Assembly (NCBI GenBank): GCA_028345065.1
Contig: JAOMCN010000005.1
Location: 6,184 to 70,183 of the forward strand
DNA length: 64,000 bases
Reading direction: 5' to 3'
Origin: Rhodospirillales bacterium
GTDB taxonomy: Bacteria > Pseudomonadota > Alphaproteobacteria > Rhodospirillales > UBA2165
The notes beneath the pieces are model-generated. The model had not been told where the DNA came from. It saw only the letters and a list, made by a program, of their open reading frames with translations, and searched no databases. The translations under genes and the position numbers were made by a program. This document shows, piece after piece, positions 17,499 through 28,080 of the stretch; positions within the stretch are counted from its first letter, which is position 1, and every line of letters starts with the position of its first letter.

Positions 17499-19908
17499 AC
17501 TTTTTAATCGTTTTCTGACAAGCTCAAGGCGCCAATTTCTAATTTCATCTGTCGCAGGAAGTACAACAATCCTATTTGGAATGTCTTCCGCCCACGCGGT
17601 AGGTCGCCAAGTTATAAATCTCCTAAACCCATCAAGTCCACTCGTCGTGCCGCCAAATTTTCATCCAACTATCTGGTTCACAATGGAAGTTAACGGCCGG
17701 ACGACGGTTCATATTCTAAAAACAGAAATGGGTCAGCATATAGGGACCACATTAGCACAGATAGTAGCAGAGGAACTTGAACTTGCATGGGAATGGGTAC
17801 GAATAGATTATCCCGAAATGACCGCAGAGGCTCAGGCAGCTTATGGTATACAAATTACCGGGGGGAGTTATTCAACTCACGAGATGTTTGACCGATTAGC
17901 CCGATCTGCGGCGGCAGCAAGAGAACTGATTGTTGAGACTGGAGCAAAGCTACTTGATGCTGAAACTGCCGACTGCATGGCCCGCCGGAGTACTGTGGTT
18001 GATACAGTTTCTGAAAATCAAATTACGTACTCCGAAATACTATCCTCGACGGCAATTGAATATAAAATCACAGAGGACGATCTCTCTGAAGTAAAGCTTA
18101 AGCCTAGGGAAAATTACAAAATTATTGGGCGATCCATGCCGGCTTTGGATATACCCGAAAAGATCAATGGCAAAGCACGGTTTGGCATTGATGCTTATGT
18201 ACCTAATATGGTTTATGGCAAAATCGTTCCGGCTCCCACTCGCGTTGGATCAACGATAAAAGGAATTGATGATAGTGCTGCCAAGAAGATAGATGGTTAC
18301 ATAACTACACTGCCGTTAAACTTTCCCATAGCGGTTAAAACAAATGCCATCCCCACAGCTCTAGTCATTGCCGAGAACTATCCAGCAGCAATGCGTGCTG
18401 CAAATTTGGTTAAGGTAGACTGGGAAGTTTCCGGTACATCGAAAATTTCAAGCCAAGATATTTTAACAGAAGCAAAAAAACTTCTCACAAACCGGTCTAA
18501 GGGGTTAGCTTTTGTACGCGACGGTAACATTGACAGAGCAAAACAAGATGCTAACCAAACACTAGATGCGTCATATATAACCGGGCTAGTAGCACATGCC
18601 TCCTTAGAGCCACAAAGCGCGCTAGTTCAAAACGTGGACGGCATATGGAATGTATTTGCCGGTTGCCAAGCGGGCCACGTAGTTCGCCTTATACTTTCAA
18701 ATTTTCTAAAGACCACTCCGGATAAGATCGTAGTTCATCCGCATTACGTTGGCGGTGGATTTGGTAGTCGCGTATATCCTATGCCAATTGTTCTTGCCGC
18801 TGTTGCCGCTCAAACTTTAAATCGCCCAGTGAAAGTTATTTTTAACCGTGAAGATGACATGGGATTAGAAGACCCGCGTACGACCACTTTACAGCACTTA
18901 ACGGCATTGCTTTCAGGTAATGGTAATGTCATTGGATTAAAGCACGACGTAGTTGCTGGTTGGATAGGTTTTGAGTTAGTGAACATTCCAGCGGTAGATA
19001 ATAAAGGAAAAATTGAGGCGCTATCATATAGCGGGGCTGATCATTGGTATGATATTCCGAATCAGCATGTTACAGCATTTCGGAATGAATTTCTCGAGAG
19101 CGTTATGCCTTTAGGTGCAGTTAGGAGCGTTTCAAATAATTACACAGTATTTGCAATTGAAAGTTTTTTAGATGAAATTGCGCATAATTTAAAAAAAGAT
19201 CCACTTTCTGTTAGGCTTGAATTGTTATCCGGCCGAGGTAAAAACGCAGGTGCAAGCCCCAGTAAACTTTATAAACACAAATTTCCACTGTTTTTTGGTA
19301 TACCTGGTCCAGCTTGGAAAAAATGGAAATTCTGGCCGACTTATCATGCTAGTGCAAACGTTGCAGGGGCTAAACGTCTTGCTAACGTGCTTAGAATTTC
19401 AACCGGTCACGCAGGCTATGGAACTCGGTTACTCCGGAAAGATACGGCACATGGAATTGCGGTCACAGCAGCGGAAGAAAGAGGAATGCCCAGTTTTTGT
19501 GCTTGCACGGCTGAGGTTCACGTAAATCGCAGCTCAGGTGAGGTATTCGTTAGAAAATTAACAGTGGCAATCGATGTTGGGCTAGCAGTAAATCCAGATG
19601 GGATCAGGGCACAGGTTGAGGGATCTCTCTTATGGGGTGTCAGCAACTCTTTATTTGAGGAACTTACCGTAAAGAACGGCAAATTCGTTCAAAATAATTT
19701 TGACAAATACTCTTGGCAAACGATGGACAATCTACCTGAATTAGATATCCAGATTGTAGAAAATGGCCTTTATCCCTGTGGTGTTGGAGAACCCGCGACC
19801 AGCGTCGTTGGAGCTGCAGTTGCCAATGGAATTTTTAACGCTGTCGGTATTAGGATTAGAAAACTGCCGATCCGTCGGGAGGATGTTTTACAGGCTTTGA
19901 AGGCATAA
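17491..19908 (+). CDS. iorB: Molybdopterin-binding large subunit of the xanthine dehydrogenase family (IorB-like), TAT signal
   Basis: 805 aa. N-terminal SRRQFLISS twin-arginine signal. Overlaps iorA by 8 nt. Confidence 0.85.
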   Translation: MNKLFNRFLTSSRRQFLISSVAGSTTILFGMSSAHAVGRQVINLLNPSSPLVVPPNFHPTIWFTMEVNGRTTVHILKTEMGQHIGTTLAQIVAEELELAWEWVRIDYPEMTAEAQAAYGIQITGGSYSTHEMFDRLARSAAAARELIVETGAKLLDAETADCMARRSTVVDTVSENQITYSEILSSTAIEYKITEDDLSEVKLKPRENYKIIGRSMPALDIPEKINGKARFGIDAYVPNMVYGKIVPAPTRVGSTIKGIDDSAAKKIDGYITTLPLNFPIAVKTNAIPTALVIAENYPAAMRAANLVKVDWEVSGTSKISSQDILTEAKKLLTNRSKGLAFVRDGNIDRAKQDANQTLDASYITGLVAHASLEPQSALVQNVDGIWNVFAGCQAGHVVRLILSNFLKTTPDKIVVHPHYVGGGFGSRVYPMPIVLAAVAAQTLNRPVKVIFNREDDMGLEDPRTTTLQHLTALLSGNGNVIGLKHDVVAGWIGFELVNIPAVDNKGKIEALSYSGADHWYDIPNQHVTAFRNEFLESVMPLGAVRSVSNNYTVFAIESFLDEIAHNLKKDPLSVRLELLSGRGKNAGASPSKLYKHKFPLFFGIPGPAWKKWKFWPTYHASANVAGAKRLANVLRISTGHAGYGTRLLRKDTAHGIAVTAAEERGMPSFCACTAEVHVNRSSGEVFVRKLTVAIDVGLAVNPDGIRAQVEGSLLWGVSNSLFEELTVKNGKFVQNNFDKYSWQTMDNLPELDIQIVENGLYPCGVGEPATSVVGAAVANGIFNAVGIRIRKLPIRREDVLQALKA

Positions 19909-19950
19909 AGGTATTATTAAATCCCCGTTGAATTTGTTCCGCCATACATT

Positions 19951-21714
19951 TCAATTGTATAGAGTGAACACGCTTACATTTTCTTCTTTCCCCCGGACCG
20001 AGATAGTTCCGATCTCTTTAAACTTTATATCCGTGATTTGCGCAACTGTTGACGCCGCAATTAGGACATTCGTGTTAAATTCTTTGTTTAACTGTTCAAG
20101 TCTAGCTGCCAAATTAACAATATCTCCGTGCACAGTATAATTTAGACGATCTTTAGCTCCAACATTACCGGCTACGACATTACCGGTTGTAATTCCGATC
20201 CTGCAACTTAGGTCGCGTCCGCAAAACGTGTTTTCCTCAACTACCTTTATAATTCCTCGTGCGGTATTTACCGCGTTTAAAGAATGCAATTTGTCCTCTA
20301 TCGGTACGTTGAATATTGCAAGAACCGCGTCGCCTTGGAATTGGGTTACAACTCCATTATTCCGTTCGATAATTGTAACAATCTCCGAAAAGTACTCGTT
20401 CAGAACCTCAACAATTTCTTGAGGATTTAATTTTTCTGACATTGCTGTAAACCCAGCCAGATCAACAAAAAATATCGTTGCCTCAGTAGTCTGGGGTTGT
20501 AACCCCCCTTCATCTTGAAGAACCTTTTCGGCAATTTTTTCCGGAATATACTTCCCAAATAAGCTGCGTACCTTCTCGCGCTCAATAAGGCTTTTTCTGA
20601 AACTGCTCACGGTTGAGGCGATCTTACCAACTTCGTCATCACCTTTATTTTCGATATCGACGCTCGTATCACCTTTAGAGAGAGCGTTCAAAACATCGAT
20701 AGCGCGGTCTAGAGGTTTAAAACCACGTTTCAAAAGAACGTTGGTTAAAGTCGTTAATATTATTGCGACAAGAATTATTAATCCGATTGTAATCAAATAA
20801 TACTGCTGCTGTTTTTGGTGTTCGCTAGTAACGTCCAGCATAAATATTAATTGGATTTTCTCTGTGCGGATAGGAAACCTAATTGAATTTGCGAGAAATA
20901 CGTTCTCTCCTGAATCTAAAAGTGCGTAGTCGTCAGTACGGAATCGGTTTTCTGCTAGTCGAGAAAGAATTGGTTTGGTCCCATAAATAAAGCCATATTT
21001 TGAATGGAAAACGAACACCTCGGACTTGGTGTTAATCGCTAGATCCTGCACTAAGGGGTTGATTATACGTCCGTATACTACGGTCCCGGCAACCCTGGCA
21101 TTTGCGAATATTGGAAAGCTAATGGTTGCATAGATATTTCCATCATCCTCCACGAATTGTTTTTGTGCCGTTTTAGAAGTTCTGGTGTTGGTTGCGACTT
21201 CTAAAATTGATTCTGATACTGACGAAGCATTGTCTAGATTGGTTTTGGAACCTTCATTAGAATTATCATTGTGGGCGATTAAAAGAGGTTTATCGAAACT
21301 GTCAAAGACCCACATCAAATCTAAAATGTTATCTTTTTCTAAATGTTCAAAAAGAGGAAAAATCGCCCGTCTTACCTTTTTTGGATTACCGCTTAGTACA
21401 GCTTCTACCGGACTTCGTCTTCCTCTCAAGCGCCAGACCGAAGGTTTTCCTGGTTTAGCGTCATACGCGTAAAATAACATGCGTTCATAGGTTGCCTCAC
21501 GAACTTTGCGCCAGGTAGAGTTTTGACCGGTTAAAACAGCATCAAACAGACGACTTTGTGAAAGTTTGTTGCTAAGGATAATCTCAACACCAATAACGCC
21601 GCAAAAAACGACGAAGGCAAATAGAAAAATAAGAAGAACCTTTCTTCTTAAAGTCATATGATGAAGAACTTTATTGACAGGAGTTTTTCCATCATTGCTA
21701 TTTCTCTTTAACAT
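19951..21714 (-). CDS. Membrane sensor class III adenylate/guanylate cyclase with a HAMP domain
   Basis: 587 aa. TM1, then a periplasmic region of about 250 aa, TM2, and HAMP. The cyclase core shows FFVDLAGFT, QGDAVLAIF and NYTVHGDIVNLAARLE. Confidence 0.85.
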   Translation of the reverse strand: MLKRNSNDGKTPVNKVLHHMTLRRKVLLIFLFAFVVFCGVIGVEIILSNKLSQSRLFDAVLTGQNSTWRKVREATYERMLFYAYDAKPGKPSVWRLRGRRSPVEAVLSGNPKKVRRAIFPLFEHLEKDNILDLMWVFDSFDKPLLIAHNDNSNEGSKTNLDNASSVSESILEVATNTRTSKTAQKQFVEDDGNIYATISFPIFANARVAGTVVYGRIINPLVQDLAINTKSEVFVFHSKYGFIYGTKPILSRLAENRFRTDDYALLDSGENVFLANSIRFPIRTEKIQLIFMLDVTSEHQKQQQYYLITIGLIILVAIILTTLTNVLLKRGFKPLDRAIDVLNALSKGDTSVDIENKGDDEVGKIASTVSSFRKSLIEREKVRSLFGKYIPEKIAEKVLQDEGGLQPQTTEATIFFVDLAGFTAMSEKLNPQEIVEVLNEYFSEIVTIIERNNGVVTQFQGDAVLAIFNVPIEDKLHSLNAVNTARGIIKVVEENTFCGRDLSCRIGITTGNVVAGNVGAKDRLNYTVHGDIVNLAARLEQLNKEFNTNVLIAASTVAQITDIKFKEIGTISVRGKEENVSVFTLYN

Positions 21715-21925
21715 TAGATAGAATCAAAATATCTCTACCACCTACTTGAATATAAAACATTTAATCCTAATTTATTAGTCGGGATGGGCCTTCTAAAAGA
21801 AGCAATTAGTTAATAGTTTAAAGTCTATGGTTAAACTAGATAAGCTTTGATAAATACCCTCTCAAAAATATCATAGCATAGGTAAAAATTTTTTTTCAAA
21901 GAGCAATAGTTTCTAGCGACCGTTA

Positions 21926-22498
21926 ATGATAAAAAATCAACAATTTTCTCTATTGGCCGTTATTCTTTTGACGGTATTTTTTGCTCCATTAACCGATATA
22001 TTCGCTGGTGAGAAAATTCTGAGTAATATTGAAGACCCATTGGCACTGAAAATTGGTGAGCGCCTGTATCATTCCCAAAAGCAGGGTTGTGCAACTTGTC
22101 ATCAAGCCAACGGGGCTGGGGGAGCAAAAGCGGGGGCAGCAAACCTCCAAAAATCATCAGAATGGAAATCTACACTGATTGCCCACAAAGTTAGAGAGCT
22201 CGGTATAGATAAAGAATCCACCCGGAACATAGTAATAGGACTGATTTTGAATGGAGCAGAGAAATGGAATTCGGAATTCTATAGCCGCCCAAAATATTCG
22301 GAAATCAAAGACAAAATATTCTTCGATAAAAGGATGATTGGGGTCCATTCAACAGCTTTAAAATTTAACCAGAAAATGGCCAAAAGAATTCTGCGTAAGA
22401 AAAAGAAGAAAGTAGCGGCTAATGACCTGTTAAGACTTATGGCTGAATCCGTCTACCATTACGTGGAAACTAAAATAATTTTAGACTCAGAAAATTAG
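21926..22498 (+). CDS. Secreted mono-haem c-type cytochrome-like protein with a basic C-terminal region
   Basis: 190 aa with a signal peptide and a single CATCH motif. No closer family recognised. Confidence 0.6.
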   Translation: MIKNQQFSLLAVILLTVFFAPLTDIFAGEKILSNIEDPLALKIGERLYHSQKQGCATCHQANGAGGAKAGAANLQKSSEWKSTLIAHKVRELGIDKESTRNIVIGLILNGAEKWNSEFYSRPKYSEIKDKIFFDKRMIGVHSTALKFNQKMAKRILRKKKKKVAANDLLRLMAESVYHYVETKIILDSEN

Positions 22499-22680
22499 TT
22501 AGTCGCACTTTCGTATAAAATTTTTATGAACCTGTAACAGCATTCTGGAAGATACAGAAATTTGATTGGGTAATGATCCTGACACTTTCTGGATCCAATT
22601 ATTCATAATTGTTTTGTCAGAATTCTGGTTAAATAATACTTGAAGTGTAATTATATTTAATGTCTCTAGTAATCATGATT

Positions 22681-22773
22681 GGAGGGGTGGCCGAGCGGCT
22701 GAAGGCGCCGGTTTGCTAAACCGGTATAGGGTTTATAGCTCTATCGAGGGTTCGAATCCCTCTCCCTCCGCCA
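22681..22773 (+). tRNA. tRNA-Ser (anticodon GCU)
   Basis: Manual cloverleaf. Acceptor ggagggg / tccctcc, anticodon loop ttGCTaa, long variable arm, T-loop ggttcgaatcc, encoded CCA. Confidence 0.9.
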
Positions 22774-22961
22774 TTTACCCTAGAGTTAATAAGTAAAATA
22801 AAGGGTTAGGAAACTGACCGGTTCCCTACAAACATTAAAAAACCGGCTCTAGGGGATTAAAAGCGCTCCATACGCTAACTAACTTCAATTTTGTTCCTCT
22901 TTCTGTCATCATCCGTATAGATATGACTGTTGCGAGTTCTAATGTAAGGTAAACGTGTGTT

Positions 22962-25814
22962 ATGAGTAGTGTGGACCTTTCCTCCGTGCAACAGGTGCTA
23001 GCACTCCAGAAAGCCTTGGATATTGGTCGGCAGTACCATGCTAAGGGCGATTTGTCGAAGGCTAAAACTATTTATCAACAGGTATTGAAGGCTGACCCTA
23101 ACCACCCGGAGGTTTTGCATCTGCTTGGTGTTATAGCTCATCAGGTGGGAGAAAACGACCGTGCCGTTGAGCTAATTACAAAAGCTATCGCGATCCACCC
23201 CGATTATGCTGAGGCCCACAGCAACCTTGGTAATGCTCTCCAGGAGCTAGGAAAGTTGGATGAGGCCATTACTAGTCACCACAAGGCTATCGTTCTCAAT
23301 CCCAACTTAGCTGAAGTGCACTACAACCTTGGTATTACGCTTCTAAGTTTAGGGAGGCTGGATGAGGCCACAGCCAGCTACCGTGAGGCCCTAACTAGGA
23401 ACCCGGATTACGCCGAAGCACACCACAATCTTGGTGTAGTGCTTAAAGAGCAGGGCAAGCTGGTGGAATCGGTTTCGTTTTATCGAAAGGCCATCGTCCT
23501 CGCTCCGGATTTTGCCGAAGCGCACTTTAATCTTGGCAATGCGCTCAATAACTTGGGGAGATTGGATGAGGCTATTATTAGTTACCGTGAAGCCGTAACG
23601 AGGAACCCCCATTACGCCGAAGCACACAATAATTTGGGTGTTGCACTCAAAGAGCTGGGGAGGCCAGACGAAGCTGTTATTAGTTATCACGAGGCCCTTG
23701 CCCTTAAGCCGGGTTACGCCGAGGCCCACAGTAACCTGGGAAATAGCCTTAAAGAGTTGGGGAGGTTAGAGGAAGCCATTGCTTGTTATCACGAGGCTAT
23801 AAGTCTTGATACCAGCTACGTCGAGGCGCACATCAATCTAGGCAATGCGCTCCACGACCTGGGGTACCTAAATGAAGCCGTGCTAAGCTACCAAAAAGCC
23901 ATCGATATCAAGCCCGAGTACGCCGAAGCGTACAACCATCTTGGCGTTGCGTTTAAAGAGCTAGAGAGGATAAATGAGGCGGTTGCCGGTTACCACAAAG
24001 CTCTCAACATAAAACCCGGCTATGCTAACGCACATTTCAATCTAGGTAACTTGTATCAGGATCTTGGGGACCTGGAAAAGTCAATTGCCACCTATCGGAA
24101 GGCCTTATCGATTAAACCCGACTTTCCCGAAGCGCATGGTAATTTGGGTGTAACACTTTATAGCCAGGGGAAGTTAACGGAATCTGCAGAAAGACTACAA
24201 AGTGCTATTAATATCAATCCTGACTATAGTGAGGCCCACACCAACCTAGGCAACACGCTTCTGGATATGGGACGCCTTAACGAAGCGTGCATTAGCTTCC
24301 AAAAAGCCCTCGACATCAATCCAAAAACTTATATTACTTTTTCAAATTTGTATTTGTCTATCCCAGCGTTATGCCACGATATACTGACAAAGCAGACAGA
24401 GATTTCCTTTATTGAAGAGTTGATAGACGCTCTCCCGACCCTACCAGAGCCGGATATCCTTCGTTTGCAGTTAAGATCCCTGACAGGCGGGGATACCGAG
24501 GAGGCTTGGAAAAACATTGCTGGCACTATGCCGACCATACAAAGCGAAACGGTCCTCAGCGACAACGGAACCAAACCGCCATCGATCATCAGGTCAGAAC
24601 ATTTGTCACCGAGGAAAATGGTTGCGCTGCTTCACTTTGGTCGAAGCGGATCGGGGTATCTGCACAGTCTCCTGGATGATCACCCAAACATCTCGACGCT
24701 GCCGGGGGTCTACATGAGTGGCTTTTTTGGCAGGGAGGTGTGGGGTTGGATCAGTGGAAAGGGGTTCCAGGAGATCCCGGATCGATTTTCATCTTTGTAT
24801 AAGGTTCTATTTGATGCCCGCAATCCTGAAAAAATACCCCCAGCGTTTATCAGTGACACCCACTACAACAAGTCTGTGGGAGAGAAGGAAGGTTTTGTCA
24901 AAATGGGGCCAAATCAGGATATGCCCCTGACCCTGGATCGTAGCCAGTTTCTCGAAAACCTTGGCGAAGTGATCAACGGTCTTGAGGATATTGATCATGG
25001 CCAGTTTTTTGACGCCATACACCATGCTTATGAAAGAACCCTTGGGAACGATTTCAATACCAAGAAACTGATCTTCTATCACTTGCATAAGATTGATCCT
25101 TACAGCATGGCGAACTTTGTGAAGTATTTTCCCGGCGCTGAACTATTAATGATCATTCGGAACCCTCTTCAAAGTTGTGAGTCTTGGGCTCTAAAGTCAT
25201 TACAGAGTGATCAAAAAAATAAATATAAAGTTTATCAACACATTGGAGGTAGAATTTTATCAATGTTGATGGACATCAATATTCCAGCGTTCCAAACACA
25301 GCCTTCTGTTGCCGTGCGTTTGGAAGATATCAAGGAGCATCCAAAAGAGACAATGCGGCGACTGTGTGCGTATCTTGGTATTGAGGACACGGTGTCGTTA
25401 TATAATTCGACCATGCAGGGATTGAAGTGGTGGGGGGATCCAAGCAGCAGTCTGTTCGGGAGAACGCAGACCGAGTATGACGAGCACACAGACCCCATCC
25501 GCACAAAAACAGGCGCTCTTTTTACCGCCGCTGATCAGTTTATACTAAACACGCTTTTTTACCCGTTAAGCGCCCGGTTTGGCTATGTTGATGAGAACGA
25601 GGCCCAATTCAGGAAGAATTTACGGGAAATACGCCCTCTTATAGACACTCCCCTGGATTTTGAGCAAAAACTGGCTGAAGAATTCCTACCGGACTATCCG
25701 GAACTGGAAATGACGGAAGCATTTAAATCCCTCCATGCTGTACTGGTGGGATTATGGCGCCTACTAGACGAGCATGGTAGATATCCGTATTTGATTAAGG
25801 CACTCCCAATATAA
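22962..25814 (+). CDS. Tetratricopeptide-repeat protein (about 13 TPRs) fused to a C-terminal sulfotransferase-like domain
   Basis: 950 aa. Highly regular 34-aa units (AEAHxNLGxxLxxLGRLDEAIxSYxxAL). The C-terminal half has PAPS-binding-like motifs LLHFGRSGSGYLHSLL (5-prime PSB) and LMIIRNPLQSCES (3-prime PB). Confidence 0.7.
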   Translation: MSSVDLSSVQQVLALQKALDIGRQYHAKGDLSKAKTIYQQVLKADPNHPEVLHLLGVIAHQVGENDRAVELITKAIAIHPDYAEAHSNLGNALQELGKLDEAITSHHKAIVLNPNLAEVHYNLGITLLSLGRLDEATASYREALTRNPDYAEAHHNLGVVLKEQGKLVESVSFYRKAIVLAPDFAEAHFNLGNALNNLGRLDEAIISYREAVTRNPHYAEAHNNLGVALKELGRPDEAVISYHEALALKPGYAEAHSNLGNSLKELGRLEEAIACYHEAISLDTSYVEAHINLGNALHDLGYLNEAVLSYQKAIDIKPEYAEAYNHLGVAFKELERINEAVAGYHKALNIKPGYANAHFNLGNLYQDLGDLEKSIATYRKALSIKPDFPEAHGNLGVTLYSQGKLTESAERLQSAININPDYSEAHTNLGNTLLDMGRLNEACISFQKALDINPKTYITFSNLYLSIPALCHDILTKQTEISFIEELIDALPTLPEPDILRLQLRSLTGGDTEEAWKNIAGTMPTIQSETVLSDNGTKPPSIIRSEHLSPRKMVALLHFGRSGSGYLHSLLDDHPNISTLPGVYMSGFFGREVWGWISGKGFQEIPDRFSSLYKVLFDARNPEKIPPAFISDTHYNKSVGEKEGFVKMGPNQDMPLTLDRSQFLENLGEVINGLEDIDHGQFFDAIHHAYERTLGNDFNTKKLIFYHLHKIDPYSMANFVKYFPGAELLMIIRNPLQSCESWALKSLQSDQKNKYKVYQHIGGRILSMLMDINIPAFQTQPSVAVRLEDIKEHPKETMRRLCAYLGIEDTVSLYNSTMQGLKWWGDPSSSLFGRTQTEYDEHTDPIRTKTGALFTAADQFILNTLFYPLSARFGYVDENEAQFRKNLREIRPLIDTPLDFEQKLAEEFLPDYPELEMTEAFKSLHAVLVGLWRLLDEHGRYPYLIKALPI

Positions 25815-25942
25815 TGAAGATATCTTAATTGATAAAAAAGTATGATAAGACCACCCTTTTGAGTAGATATATTGATGTTGAGGGAGGTTTAGGCATATTC
25901 TCCAACTCAAAATGAGGCGTGAATATTGGAAGGAAATTGGAT

Positions 25943-26932
25943 ATGCGTGCGATCCGGGTAACCGAACAATCGGAAAGCGCAGAATCTCTTAAATTTGAAT
26001 TAGTGGAAATTGATCCGCCCATTCCCAGTGAGAAAGAATGCTTAATCGAGGTTTGTGCAAGCGGAGTAAATCCTTCAGACGTAAAGGCGTTATTAGGTAA
26101 AATGCCTTATCTCACCTGGCCGAGAACGCCGGGACGGGATTATGCCGGCGTAGTGATAGAAGGACCAAGCGAATATATAGGAAAAGAGGTGTGGGGTACC
26201 GGCGGAGACCTTGGGATGAGAAGGGACGGAAACCACGCACAGTTTGCTCTAATCGATGCGACTGGAGTGAGGAGCAAACCCAGAAATATTTCCATGCTTG
26301 AAGCAGGTTCAATTGGGGTCTCCTGGACGTGTGCTTGGCTTGGAATGGTTAAGGGATCACGTGTACAGCAAGGTGAGACGATCGTCATATTTGGTGGAAA
26401 TGGAAAAGTGGGCGAGGCTAGTGTTCAAATAGGTTCTGGTGTTGGGGGACGAATAATTTCTGTGGAGCGAAACCGGGATGATTATAATGGTCACGCCTCC
26501 GGACCGGTGGAGGTAATTAACCTCTCTAAGGAAGCCGATATCCAGAGCGCAATCATGGACCGCACAAATGGGCGCGGTGCAGACATCATAATGAACACCG
26601 TGGGAAGCCCATATTTTGAATTAGCCAACCAATGTTTAGCTAAGGAAGGGCGTCAAATAATTATCTCGACGTTTATTGAAAAGAACGAAATTAACCTCCG
26701 TACCTTCTATCGGGGTAACCATACTTTGGTTGGTGTAAGCAATATGGATCATGACCATATCGTATCCGGTGGTATTTTAGAAAACCTGCGGGAGGGATTT
26801 GAAAATGGTACCTATAAACCCTATCCCATTAAAAGCGACAATATCTTTGGACTTGATAATGTAAGGGAAGCTTACAATCTGGTTTTGCAGGATGTGACTC
26901 GCAATAGAGTTGTCATAAATCCGCAATATTGA
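25943..26932 (+). CDS. Medium-chain (zinc-type) dehydrogenase / quinone oxidoreductase family protein
   Basis: About 329 aa from ATG 25943 (RBS GGAAGGA). GroES-like N-terminal domain and a Rossmann GGNGKVG motif. Confidence 0.8.
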   Translation: MRAIRVTEQSESAESLKFELVEIDPPIPSEKECLIEVCASGVNPSDVKALLGKMPYLTWPRTPGRDYAGVVIEGPSEYIGKEVWGTGGDLGMRRDGNHAQFALIDATGVRSKPRNISMLEAGSIGVSWTCAWLGMVKGSRVQQGETIVIFGGNGKVGEASVQIGSGVGGRIISVERNRDDYNGHASGPVEVINLSKEADIQSAIMDRTNGRGADIIMNTVGSPYFELANQCLAKEGRQIIISTFIEKNEINLRTFYRGNHTLVGVSNMDHDHIVSGGILENLREGFENGTYKPYPIKSDNIFGLDNVREAYNLVLQDVTRNRVVINPQY

Positions 26933-27056
26933 GATGCTAGTTTAGGCAGAGACGTTACCCTACAAGGGTTATAGTGTTACTTAAAAAGGGTTAGCGCCAT
27001 TTTAAATGTATTATCTAAAGTTTTTTTAATAGGTCTTGTCAACGTTAGGTATACCT

Positions 27057-28064
27057 ATGGCGGTTAATATCGGAATTAACGGCTTTGGGCGAATAGGACG
27101 TCTAGCATTGCGTGTGGCTTGGGATTGGCCGGAGGTCAATTTTTTGCATATTAACGAGGTTAAAGGTGGTCCTGATACCGCCGCCCATTTGCTTCAATAT
27201 GATTCCGTCCACGGTAAATGGGAGTGTCAAATCGGAACAGTTGAGAATGGTTTGGTAATTGATGATCGTAACGTAACGTTCAGCAAATTTACTTCGCCGA
27301 GTAATATCCAATGGAATAGTCTTGGCGTAGATATTGTTATCGAGAGTACCGGAAGTTTTCGGACTATCGATAAACTTGCACGACACCTCGATAATGGAGC
27401 AAAAAAGGTAATAGTTGCTGCCCCTGTAAAGGAAGATGTACTCAATATTGTTATGGGGGTAAACGACCACCTGTATCAACCCGAAATCGATAACGTGGTA
27501 ACCGCTGCTTCTTGTACTACTAATTGTCTGGCACCCGTAGTGAAGGTTGTCCATGAAAATCTTGGAATATTACACGGGAGCATGACGACTATCCATAATG
27601 TTACTAATTCACAAGTAATGGTAGACGCTCCGCACAATGATTTGCGCCGAGCCAGATCTGGTCTGAATGCGCTAATTCCGACAACTACAGGATCAGCAAT
27701 AGCGATTACACTTATCTATCCTGAGTTGGCGGGAAAACTGAATGGTCACGCTGTCCGTGTCCCTCTTCTGAATGCATCTCTTGTCGATTGTGTTTTTGAA
27801 GTTTCCCGTGCTACGACACCAGATGAACTTAATCAGTTATTCCACGATGCCGAAAAAGGTGAGTTGAAAGGCATTTTGGGAATTGAAGATAAACCCTTAG
27901 TGTCCACGGATTATACCAATGACCCCCGTTCTTCAATTATAGATGGACCATCCACTATGGTTGTAGATGGTACCCAAATTAAAATTTATGCCTGGTACGA
28001 TAATGAGTGGGGGTATGTGAACCGTATGATGGAACTTGCAAAAATGGTTGGCAGCTATTTATAG
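27057..28064 (+). CDS. gap: Type I glyceraldehyde-3-phosphate dehydrogenase
   Basis: 335 aa from ATG 27057. [12 protein letters not shown] motif and active site SCTTNCLAP. Confidence 0.92.
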   Translation: MAVNIGINGFGRIGRLALRVAWDWPEVNFLHINEVKGGPDTAAHLLQYDSVHGKWECQIGTVENGLVIDDRNVTFSKFTSPSNIQWNSLGVDIVIESTGSFRTIDKLARHLDNGAKKVIVAAPVKEDVLNIVMGVNDHLYQPEIDNVVTAASCTTNCLAPVVKVVHENLGILHGSMTTIHNVTNSQVMVDAPHNDLRRARSGLNALIPTTTGSAIAITLIYPELAGKLNGHAVRVPLLNASLVDCVFEVSRATTPDELNQLFHDAEKGELKGILGIEDKPLVSTDYTNDPRSSIIDGPSTMVVDGTQIKIYAWYDNEWGYVNRMMELAKMVGSYL

Positions 28065-28080
28065 GACCGGTTGGTGACGT

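Noticed and set aside
22774-22961. Genomic island attachment site downstream of tRNA-Ser
   Set aside because: No integrase gene is present, and I found no direct repeat of the tRNA 3-prime end by eye up to about 26 kb. Only the adjacency itself is suggestive; it is retained as a note in the TPR-sulfotransferase finding.
27102-27554. 150-aa minus-strand ORF
   Set aside because: Antisense to gap. Shadow frame.
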